In this document: positions 39,401 to 50,130 of the stretch, one piece after another
How positions within the stretch are numbered: the stretch's first letter is position 1
Layout of the letters: every line of letters starts with the position of its first letter
Origin: Diadema antillarum
Lineage: Eukaryota
Reading direction: 5' to 3'
NCBI RefSeq assembly: GCF_040938485.1
Contig: NW_027271172.1
Coordinates: 1,426,001 to 1,490,000 of the forward strand
DNA length: 64,000 bases
Translations under genes and position numbers: made by a program
Notes under the pieces: generated by a model
Told to the model about the DNA's origin: nothing
Seen by the model: only the letters and a program-made list of their open reading frames with translations
Database searches by the model: none

Positions 39401-42400
39401 CCGTTTGTAAGATGTAAGAATCGGACCACTGGGCTAACATCTTTCATAGCCCCGAGGACGACTCTTCAGATCCAAAGGTTAGAAATGAAATAACGCCTTC
39501 CCAACTGGGTGAAGTTCTCTTAAAGAAGACAAAATACAATAAAATTCGAAGGTCTGATACGGCTAGATGCTGGTTACACTGATGATTCATGCGTGCATTC
39601 CGCAAGCTCGTTATTCCTAACACGCAAAACTCCCGACCCTGTGGGTTCCCTTTATGATAATGCCATAATATTGATATTGATAGGGTTTGTTAATCCGAAT
39701 ACTTGTTTCATTAATCCTAATGTTATTCTAATGATGATCACAGTAGGAGAATTCATAATAATACCGATATGAATCCTCTTTACTCTTCAGATATCGATGA
39801 GTGCGCGTCCTACCCATGTCAACATGATGGATTGTGTATTGACCAGTTGGGCTTCTTTGAATGCAACTGTCAAAATGGAACGACTGGAACATTATGCGAG
39901 ATTGGTGAGCGGGGATCTTTTAGAGAGTGTTTCAGAGAGTATAAACGTTCGTACGTCGGTTATTTTATAACCTCTTCTAGCTATAACTATACTAAGAGGT
40001 GATTATTTAACAGCAGATCAAGATGAAAAATATGATCACAGTGAGGCAGGCACAAGATAATTACGAAAGCAAGTGTGTCTGAGCGGTCCATTCACCCGTT
40101 GATTAGGCCGTTGATCAACTAAATTTGTTATCTGTTGAAGATGTGTATATTGCACTAATAAACCTTTGTCCTCAAGGACCTAGCCGGATGAAGAATATAC
40201 ATTCACATTAGAATCAACTCAACATTATAGGCCAACTTCAAATCTTATCATCACTGAAGGTTTTATGGCTATTTTTAGGGAGCGTAAGAGGCCTATTATG
40301 ATAATGCTATATAGGACTCTGACGCGAAATCCGTCTGTGAGATTTGGGACATTGGGTTAACATGTTTGGTAACACCAAGAACGACTCTTTGTTTCCTGAG
40401 GTCATTAAATGTCATGGTAGATTCTCAGCTTTGGAGAAATTCTCGTTAAAAGTCAAAGTACAATACAGATGTGATATGTCTTAATGCCAGTTATTCTAAG
40501 GGTTCATAATTATATTCGGCAAGCTCGTTATTGCAAACACGGAAAATTACGGAGAAGTTCTGGACTTTTCGTAAGTCCGAAGATTGAAAGTCCGAAAACT
40601 GATAATCTTTGCTTTTACGATCATTTGTTGCATTAATGTGATTCTTGGTTTCATGATCATCAATGACGATGACCTAATACAATTGGAGAACAACTACAAA
40701 TACGAATCCTTATTGCTCTACAGATATCAATGAGTGTATTTGCAACCCATGCCAGCACGATGGAGTGTGTTCCAATCACGTGGGCTCCTTTAACTGCACA
40801 TGTCAACCCGGAACGACTGGACCACTATGCGAGCTCGGTGAGCAAGGATTTTTTTTTAGAGTGTTTTAGAGAATCCTCGCATTTTTTTGTAGTTCATTAT
40901 AGAGACTCTTCATTCATCCAATGTCCTTTTCAATAATCATCAATATTCAATGAAATATAAAGATAAAACGAGAACTTCCCCTTCGAAGTTTGAGATTGGT
41001 TTTGATGAGTAATTTGAGGTTAAGAATATGGGATTCCGCCCACGCTTACGCCAGCAACAATTTTCAAAGCATATAACGATATGCCCATAGTCACGACAGT
41101 AAGCTATTATGATGATTGTAATATTAATGATAATATTGATAAAAATAATAAGAACAATAAGAATAACAATAGTATAACAATACAATATACAGTTGCTGCA
41201 GGTGGTCGGAGCTGGCTAACCCTTGAAAAATGGACATATCGAGGAAAGTTATCCAAGTATGCATGAGTATACAATTCAAAACAACTTTGATTTACTCTCT
41301 AAAGAAAAAGTCGAGTGAAGATATTCACTCTTGAAAGAGTGAATACAACAAAGAGTGAATTTTGAGTGAAAATGTTCATTTTCACTCATTTTGGAGTGAC
41401 CTCAAGGATCACTCCAAAATCTTCGAGTGATCCTTGAGGTCACTCCAAAATGAGTGAAAATGTTATCAAAACGGTCAGTCAAATGACGAGAAATTTCTTC
41501 CACAAGCATGAAAGTTATCCAAATATGCCTCGTTGGTCGCAACGAGCTTCAAAACGTAAACCTCTACGTGTTATTGATAATATCAAAGGATTAAGATTTC
41601 GATTTCTTATCGGCGAAAAACAAAGCTTGAAAACGGAGCCAAATTGCTAGCTCGTTGTTAGGGCATATGAGGGTAAAATAAAAATTACGATGTGAAAATA
41701 ATGCGACACTCTCCAATATGAATCGTCATTCCTCTTCAGATATCAATGAGTGCATGTGCAACCCATGCCAGCATGATGGACTGTGTACCAACCAGGTGGG
41801 CTCATTCGTCTGCAACTGTCAAAACGGAACGACTGGAACACTATGCGAGCTTGGTGAGCGAGGATATTAAAGAGAGTGTTTATAGGGAATATTAACGGTC
41901 TTTTACTTGGCCATTCTAGAGGTTCATCTAGGAGGAAACAAGCAAACAGGTGGAAAAGAGCAAGACTGTATGACTACAGCGAAGGAGACGCAAAACATGA
42001 AGGAATTAAATTATGTCTGAGCGCTCCACTCACCCGTAATTGATAAAAATACACTTGTACAAGCTTGTGATCAGCTAGACATGTGTTCATTGCATCATTA
42101 CATTTGTCGTTCTTCAAAAGTTTTCCTGACGAAGCTGGGCATATATAAGTTCACAATAGTAAACTTATAAACTAATTCATATTTAGGCCAATTTCAAATC
42201 TCATTATTTCTTAAGATGTTTATGATTATTTTCATGGAGAGTATTTTTTTTTATCATGATGATAATTCTTAGGACTTTGACGCGAAATCCGTGTGCAAGA
42301 ATCGGACCACTAAAATTGGGCTATAACGTCATGTTTAGTAACCCTATAAGGACGACCGTATAGATCTCGAGCTATTTAATGTCGAGATAAAAAGACTTTC

Positions 42401-45400
42401 CAGCTGGGTAAAGTTCTCGTTAAAAAGTTTAAAAAGTACAACACAGGTAAGGTACTCAGTATGGCTTGATCCTGGTTATTGCATTGGCTCATACAATATT
42501 TGGCAAGCTCGTTTGGTATACCCAACACGCAAACATCCTATAGGCCCTACCTGATGGTTCGTTGATCCGAAAATCAGTAGGGTTTGTTTATCCGTACATT
42601 GCTTCATTGATCCGAATTTTTATTTTTTTAAATGACGCTGGAAACATAAAGGCTTGGGCTCGTGGCAACAACATGATGTTAAACGAAAACAAAACAGAAG
42701 TCGTCCACATTGTGTCACAATTTCGGAAAAGAATTGAGTCTGTTAGCCTCACCATCGATGGAGCTGTCATAAATGCGTCCAAATCTGCCAGAGATCTCGG
42801 CGTTATCGTGGACAACTCCTTGGATGTAAAGGAGCACATTCGCAAGGTGTGCCGGGCTGCTTCTTCTGGCATCTACAGGATCAGGACAATCCGGAAATAC
42901 CTCAACCAGTGCTCCACAGAACGACTTGTTAATGCTCTTGTAACATCGCATCTGGATTATTGCAACAGTTTGCTCATCAACTTACCTGCATGTCATCTCG
43001 CTCCACTTCAGCATATACAGAATACTGCTGCCCGTCTCATCACCTGTACTAGAAAGTATGATCGCATCACCCCTGTCATCCGCAATCTCCACTGGCTGTT
43101 AATCCCACAACGAATCAAGTTCAAGATTCTTCTCATCACCTACAACATCATCCATAACCGTTCACCTATATATCTAACTGACCTGATCTCATCGAAACCC
43201 AGACCGGATACACACATTAACCTAAGATCATCATCTGCAACCCAACTTAAACTTGGCCCTCGCACCCACAATCGTTATGGTGACCGTGCTTTTTCCGTTT
43301 GTGCCCCCCTTCTTTGGAACACTCTCCCTACTCACATTCAGACCTCCACCTCCGTTGACATCTTCAAAAAGAAACTTAAGACTCATTTATTTTTAGAGCA
43401 GAATTAATGATTATGTAGGCCCTGTATGCATTTGTAGTAAATTATTTGTTATTCTAAGCTGATTTGTATGTTTGGTTGTTTAGCATTGTAAAGCGCTTAG
43501 AAACATGTTGTATTAAGCGCTAAATAAATATTTCATATTGTTATTGTTATTATTAAACCACAATGGGATGAGAACCCTGAATTCTACCAATATGAATCCT
43601 TGTATTCTCTTCAGATATCAATGAGTGCATGTGTAACCCCTGTCAACATGATGGAGTGTGCATCAACGAGGTTGGCTCCTTTGACTGCTTCTGTGAACCC
43701 GGAACGACCGGAAGATTATGCGAGATTGGTGAGCGAGGATCTTTAGAGAGTGTTTTTAGAGAATATAAACGTTCGTTCGTTAGTTATTTCAGAGACTCTT
43801 TAAAATGAGTCAAACAAGATTTGAAAATTTTACCAGAAGAAAAAGTTAGAAAAAGCAAGATTTGACCACAGCGATGCAGACGCAAGGCATTTCAGAAAGT
43901 GTGTCTTAGTGGTTAATTCATCCATTTATCAACTAAATTTGTAAATTTGTGATCAACAGAACATAATGTGTGATTGAATTTAGAAACCTTTTGCAGTGAA
44001 ACTGATGACGCATATACATAACATGAGTAAAACATTTAAACTTAGGCCAACTTCAAATCTAATGATTTCTTAATGTGTGTTTATGATTATTTGTAGAGAG
44101 AGTAATTATGATGAAAATGCTAACCAGTACTCTGACATGATATCAGTCTGCTAGAATCGAACCATTGGGCAAATGTTGGGTTACCATCTTTCGTAGCTCC
44201 TAAAACGACCCTGGTCATTAAGTGTTGTGATGAGATGACTTCCCAGCTTGATGAAAGTTCTCTTAAATAATCATTGCCGAAGCACAATAAAGGCGTGGTG
44301 TGGTTTGACACTTTTTTCCCCGATGTTACATGTATTCGGCAAACTCGTTTTTGTTAATTGTTGGTTCGGAAAATAAACAGTGTTTGTTTATCCGAATATC
44401 TTGTTGCATTGATCCTAATCTTAAATCTATGATACTCAGGGACGATGACATACATGTACTAATGTAAGCACGATGAGACAACAGCTACCAATATTAATCC
44501 TCATTATATACTTTTCAGATATCAACGAGTGCACGTCGAACCCATGCCAGCATGGTGGAGAGTGTGTCGACCAGTTGGGCTCCTTCGTCTGCACGTGCCA
44601 ACCTGGAACGACCGGAACACAATGCGAGATCGGTGAGAGAGGATCATTTATAGAGAGTGTTTTAGAGAGTGTTAACGATATTTCTTTAGTCATTATAAAG
44701 GTTCTTCTGGGAGGTTACAAGAGATGATAATCTTACCAGCAGATAAAGGTGGAAAAGAGCAGGAGATGGTTGCGGCAAAGTGTGTCTGAGTGATCCATTC
44801 ATCGATTGATCAACTGATTATGTAATGTCAGAGGTTGCAAACTTCTACAATGTTTCAACTGAATACGGTTGGATCCATACAAATTCCGCTTGTGAGCTGT
44901 TATCTTGATGAAGTGTTTTCCTTCGCATCAGTAAAACTCAACATTTACGCTTACGCTGATACTTATTATTTTTTGTTGTTGATTGATGTATTTCCTGAGT
45001 CCATCTTATATCGTAATAAAATGCGTCCTACGTTGAGTGAAAGTTCACTTTAATAACCAAGTCAAATAACAACAAAGGCGTGAGATGGCTTAATGCTGCT
45101 TATTCTGAAAGTTTATATTTTCAGTAGGCCCGCTTTTCCTAAAGTTTCGTTGATGCGAAAGTTCTTTTTTTTCATCCGATTATTTGTAACAGAAGTCGAA
45201 ATACATCTATGATCATCAATGACGATGATATACAGTGTACATTGTGTAATCACAAATGGAGAAGGGCTAGCAATATGAATTCTCATTACTCTTCAGATAT
45301 CAATGAGTGCATGTGGAACCCATGCCAGCAAGGTGGAGAGTGTACCAACCAGGTGGGCTCCTTTGTATGCAATTGTCAACCCGGAACGAGTGGAACACTA

Positions 45401-48400
45401 TGCGAGATTGGTGAGCGAGGATCTTTATAGTAGAGAGTGTGTCAAAGAATTTTTAACGTTAATTCGCCTGGTCATTAAAAAAAAAGTAGAATTGTTTCAA
45501 GCCGTAACGCTTAGAGGCCGTTGTCCAAGTCAAGCGATTTGTTTATATGGACAAACGGTCTCCTCCATCTGTATACTTAAAGATGTGTCGTCATGAAACA
45601 TGATTATGGACTGTGCACACCTGTTTATATGTCCATGACTTGTAAATATGTTTGATATTGTCATACTTATTTATATTCTCTACACGTGGAGAAATATAAC
45701 TTACTGAAACTGAAATATTATGTTAGGAGTTCTTCTGGGAGTAATCAACAGGTGATAATCTCACAGAAGAATCCAGAAGCAAGATGTGATCACAGCAAAG
45801 AGGACAGAAGACACAAAAAAGTGTGTCCACGTGGTCAATTCGTTCGCCTGTATAAACTAAACATATTAAAGAATGTCAATTTGTGGTTACAGTAGAGTCT
45901 ATCTTGACTGTAATAGATTAATGATAATACATGTAATAAGATATACTAAATGGTAATAGAATGTCGTTGCATATCATGAAGTTTAGCAAGCTACTACGGC
46001 CCCATAGAACTGTTTGTGTCCTAGAAAACATCTTGGATCCGGATTATGATCCAGATCACCACCAAAAATATTCCTAACTCGGAGGTCTGCGGTAAGGGGA
46101 ACGTCTTTCAGGACGGGGGGGGGGGGGGGGGGAGGGGGTGGGGGTGGGGGTGGGGGTGGTTCAACGTGTCTACTGGAAGATTCATACCATCAATCCATGA
46201 TTGTCTATATATTTAGTATTGTGTGTTCTTTTTGTGTTTGCTTGTTTTGGTATTATTTTGTTTTGGATAAATGACGAATAAACGGAACTGAGCATGCTGT
46301 GTTTCCTTCTGGTATGGCACCTTGTTGAGGAGTTCGCAGCATTCGCAAGTTTCCCGTCGAAGACGAGTCCCAAGAATACTCGGCCAGGTGTTTATGGGAA
46401 ATACGTGTTACAGCAAAACCAGTCCATCCTCAACGGGTTTTAAAGTCTATAGACCAAGCATATATCTTACATGCTTCCCTGCATCTTTTTTTTTTTTTTT
46501 TTTGGGGGGGGGGGGGGCTAATCATATATAAAGTAACTTGGAAACATGCAAGTTATACTCGGCCCAGGTTAGGGTGTATTTCATATCTTTTGTTCATCAC
46601 ATTAGTTTTGTACCAATGATTGACAGATGATGCCACTGGCAGGAGCTTTTTTTTTTTTGGGGGGGGGGTGGGGGAGGGGTGGCGCTTATCCAAGGAATCC
46701 AGAGAGAAATAGTAGAAAAAATAATTATGTATAGGGCACGTATTTAGACATTCATTTGGTCACATATTCAAGTGATGTTGAGGGTAACATGAATCAACAC
46801 AAGCTAACATGCACTTGCACTTTGTCTTTCCTTTAATATGTGTACATGGAGTGCATCACTACACCTTTTGTTGTCGTTAGTAATCCTGATGAAACATATT
46901 CCTTCACGCCAGTAAAACTCAACATTTTATCTCCAGTTGACATTATTATAATGAGCAGTTTATTGTTATGCAGGACTTCAGACGCGCTTGTTTAGTTGTT
47001 GTTTTCGTTGATTTGTTATCCCTCGTTAGATGTGAACGAGTGTGACAGCGACCCCTGTTGGAATGGAGGAACCTGTGTTGATCTTATGAACAACTACAAT
47101 TGCTCATGTCCCAGTGACCTTGGTGGCTCTAGCTGCGAAATTCGTAAGTGAGAATAGGATTTATAGGGATTTGTATGGTTGGTAGCCGATTCTTCAGTTT
47201 TGACAGAAGTCAATAAATGCAACGAAAGACTTTCTGCCCTTGGTCGTAGTTGCCTTAGAATCCTAGACCTACTGCCTAAATGGTTTCAAAATTGTGATAT
47301 GTCCAATTTCCTTTAAGAGTTTTGACTTCAGAAAGGTTGCAGCGTCTTCTTGAACAGCATTATTATGATCCTCTGGAAAAACAGATAATTTCTCATAATA
47401 TGTATTTTTTCCTCAGGAACTATGGGCGCAGTATTCGTAAGTAGTCATGTCATCTGACCAACCAAACGAAAGTGATTGATGATATACAATGCGGAGTCGA
47501 GATCATGCTTAGCGTTTGCTATAGCTGTGGTGCCCGTAATGAGCTCAACACTCACGAGCCATACAGCCACGATCTCAACACTCACGAGCCATACAGCCAC
47601 GAGCTCGACACTCACGAGTCATACAACCACGAGCTCGACACTCACGAGCCATACATCCCACGAGCTCGACACTCACGAGCCATACAGCCACGAGCTCAAC
47701 ACTCACGAGTCATACAGCCCACGAGTTCAACACTGAGTGAACAAGGCTAAAACGCCCACGTGTAGAGATCGTGGGCCATTTTTTGCCTTTGTCTCTTCTG
47801 AACATGTTTTGTATAAATCTAGATGGGGGGGGGGGGGGATGGATGTAGATATGGAGGCGTTTTTCTTTCTTTCTCCCCACCTCGTCCCACACTGTTCGGT
47901 GGAGCAAAACGATATACTTCGCCCTACCCGTGTAAAGCCATATTTTTTAAAAGCTAATCTACCAAAGAAACTCTTCAAATTTCCGCTTTGATATATAAAA
48001 ATCAACAAGAAGTGCATGATGTGTCGGAAGTTCATGACTAAATAGCCGTAATTAACAGGTTTATTCATGCATCTTCTTATTCTGACAGTGAGAAGTTTCA
48101 ACATACATCTGGCCAATAATAATGGCGACTCGCTGAGGGGCACCCTAGAGGTACTGTGGAACAACATATGGAAAAGCTTGCGCGTCTATTACTCTTACAA
48201 ATTCAATGACAACGCAGCTGCAGTTGTGTGTCGTCAACTCGGGTTCACCGGGCACTTCTCTAGATCGTTCCAGCAATGGTTTCATGTGAAGGACATCTTG
48301 ACCCTTTTCAGTCTCGAGTGTAGCGGCCAGGAGGATGATCTTGGGCAGTGCCGGAATCGCGTCGGATTCCAAAGTACAACATATTATTGGAGAAGACGTA

Positions 48401-48467
48401 TTACGATCACGTGTGCAGGTGATTTTATTTATTTTTGTTTTGTTTTTTTCAAATTCAGAGACCTGCG

Positions 48468-48558
<91 letters not shown>

Positions 48559-50130
48559 GTGTATTTTGGTATGTGAGTGTTTGGTGATGTTGTGTGTTTG
48601 CCTTATTTCCTTATCAATTTTGTTTTGTCATTACTTTTATTAGTGTTTTTTGTTTGTTTCACACCCAAATTCATGTGTTACGTTATAATGTTATCTTATG
48701 AAATAATGACAGAAAGTATAGATTAGGTCAACCAACTCGAATTGCTAGCTCCAACAGGCTTAACAGTTAGTCTAATACGGTATATCACAATAAGGTACCT
48801 GTCAGGGTTTTCGTTATACACCTATATCTTTTTTCGTATGAGTTGTTGTTCGTCGTTGGGATGAATATCTTGTAATGCTATGAATATCGCGAATCGGGGG
48901 GGGGGGGGGGAGAGGTAGAGAATTACCACAAAATGTAAACCTCGATCAGCGTGCACCAGATTGTTGAAATTCAATTCTGAAATGCAAAACCTCCCTCGTG
49001 TGAGAAAGGAAAAAACTGTCATTATTTCATCCTCCCTCCTTCTCTGTGAGCCCTCGCTTGTGTATTCTCACAAATTGATATCAAATGTATTTTGCCCCCC
49101 CCCCCCCCCCCCCCCGGTGGGGAAATCGGTTGCTCTGTCCTGTGTGCGTGATATGTGTGTTGGGATGCATAAATGTTTGTTTTACTAGTAATTGTCTCTT
49201 ATTCCAGGTGCACACTCATGTGTCACATATTCCTTTTTTTTTGTTTTTATCAACAAGTGATTCCTCATACGATCAATTCATGATTGTCTGTATTTTATAG
49301 TCTTGTGTGTTCTTTGTGCATGTCAGATATTATTTCGGTTCGGATAAATGACGAATAAACTAAACTGAGCATGTAGGTACTATAAAAGAGATTATGGGTA
49401 GCATTTGGTCTTATTGGCTACAGGAAATTAAGAAAACACACATGATGGCAAAATTCTATAATTATGTAATGATTTGTTTTTTTCAGGAACGAATTCTTCA
49501 AGTCATATAGGTACGTTCAATAGATAACATCAAAAATTGCTGCAGTTTCCCTGTATGATTGCATTATATCTGTACAAGATAGAAAATTGTCAATTCAGTC
49601 CTTTGTCAATAAAATTTTCCTTATTTTCTTTTTTCCAGTTGCACAATGATCCGCATGTTGATTTATAACAGACATTCAAAGCCTCCATCAACAAGCTTTT
49701 GAACTTACATTTCGCACCAGATCATGATCGTGGCCTCCTTTTCCAAGTTCAGATGGTAACTCTGAATTCGTCTCTATTTTTGTCTCCGCGATCTTCAGAA
49801 ACCCAAGTTCGTCTGACAAACGACTCTACCCCAGACCTAGGTCGAGTGGAGATCTTCTACCAGGGTACGTGGGGAACGGTTTGCAGCAGTCTGTGGGATG
49901 ACGAGGAAGCCGGTGTGGTGTGTCGCATGCTCGGTTACAGCTCGGGCGAGACTACCCCAGCACTCAGCGTCAGTAGCAAGCCTATGGTACTTAGTGACGT
50001 CCGATGTGTCGGCTCGGAAACCGACATCGGTGCTTGCGAGCACTCGCCGTTTATGACGGGAACATGCAACCAACAATCAACCAGCCAAGGGCAAGAAGCC
50101 TGGGCGGCTTGCTATACCCTTTCTAACTGA
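32616..50130 (+). CDS. Gene 2: paralog with the same architecture (about 653 aa)
   Basis: Exons 32616-32618, 33313-33367, 34004-34231, 37453-37554, 38891-39004, 39791-39904, 40724-40837, 41740-41853, 43615-43728, 44519-44632, 45297-45410, 47030-47143, 48089-48418 and 49799-50130. Sum is 1962 nt with an open frame. Confidence 0.8.
33313..33367 (+). CDS. Gene 2 exon 2, signal peptide ([18 protein letters not shown])
   Basis: tttttag|AAC...G|gtaag, 55 nt. Confidence 0.75.
34004..34231 (+). CDS. Gene 2 exon 3, N-terminal domain
   Basis: 228 nt, phase 1-1. [76 protein letters not shown]. Confidence 0.7.
34541..35592. mobile_element. 1052 bp non-autonomous DNA transposon, TAGTC termini, 3 bp TSD (TAA)
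   Basis: TAA|TAGTCCATGGG...CCCATGGACTA|TAA with about 325 bp imperfect TIRs. The empty site cccttaactct is seen near 62178. Confidence 0.85.
36209..36287 (+). pseudogene. tRNA-Thr(AGT)-like sequence, not a canonical tRNA
   Basis: TAGCTCAGTCGGTAGAGC, anticodon loop CTAGTAA, GGTTCGA. The acceptor stem is bulged and a T-run follows. Confidence 0.6.
37453..37554 (+). CDS. Gene 2 EGF-A exon
   Basis: Same peptide as gene 1 EGF-A; donor G|gtaag. Confidence 0.8.
38891..39004 (+). CDS. Gene 2 EGF exon B1
   Basis: [38 protein letters not shown]. Confidence 0.9.
39791..39904 (+). CDS. Gene 2 EGF exon B2
   Basis: [38 protein letters not shown]. Confidence 0.9.
40724..40837 (+). CDS. Gene 2 EGF exon B3
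   Basis: [38 protein letters not shown]. Confidence 0.9.
41740..41853 (+). CDS. Gene 2 EGF exon B4
   Basis: [38 protein letters not shown]. Confidence 0.9.
42638..43554 (+). mobile_element. 5'-truncated L2/CR1-group LINE (RT C-terminus and 3' tail)
   Basis: ORF 42562-43407 with [42 protein letters not shown] and [10 protein letters not shown]. 3' stem-loop agcgctta/taagcgct at 43492-43521 and a (TTA/TTG) tail. Confidence 0.9.
43615..43728 (+). CDS. Gene 2 EGF exon B5
   Basis: [38 protein letters not shown]. Confidence 0.9.
44519..44632 (+). CDS. Gene 2 EGF exon B6
   Basis: [38 protein letters not shown]. Confidence 0.9.
45297..45410 (+). CDS. Gene 2 EGF exon B7
   Basis: [38 protein letters not shown]. 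Confidence 0.9.
47030..47143 (+). CDS. Gene 2 EGF-C exon
   Basis: [38 protein letters not shown]. Confidence 0.9.
47541..47733. repeat. 30 bp minisatellite, about 6.4 copies
   Basis: Unit gagctcgacactcacgagccatacagccac; two units are 31 bp. Confidence 0.95.
48089..48418 (+). CDS. Gene 2 SRCR-A exon (divergent 4-Cys SRCR)
   Basis: gacag|TG...GCA G|gtgat, 330 nt. Confidence 0.8.
49799..50130 (+). CDS. Gene 2 terminal exon, SRCR-B
   Basis: cttcag|AA; 332 nt including TGA. Nine amino-acid differences from gene 1. Confidence 0.9.

Noticed and set aside
46115-46160. G-run with G-quadruplex potential
   Set aside because: Poly-G/C runs are scattered through the window and this one is not conserved in gene 1.
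47417-47436. Possible micro-exon cctcag|GAACTATGGGCGCAGTATTC|gtaagt in gene 2
   Set aside because: It is 20 nt and would break the phase 1-1 frame. The matching site in gene 1 (about 23452-23469) has no GT donor.
47541-47733. CRISPR-like array
   Set aside because: The repeats are contiguous with no spacers, in a eukaryotic intron.
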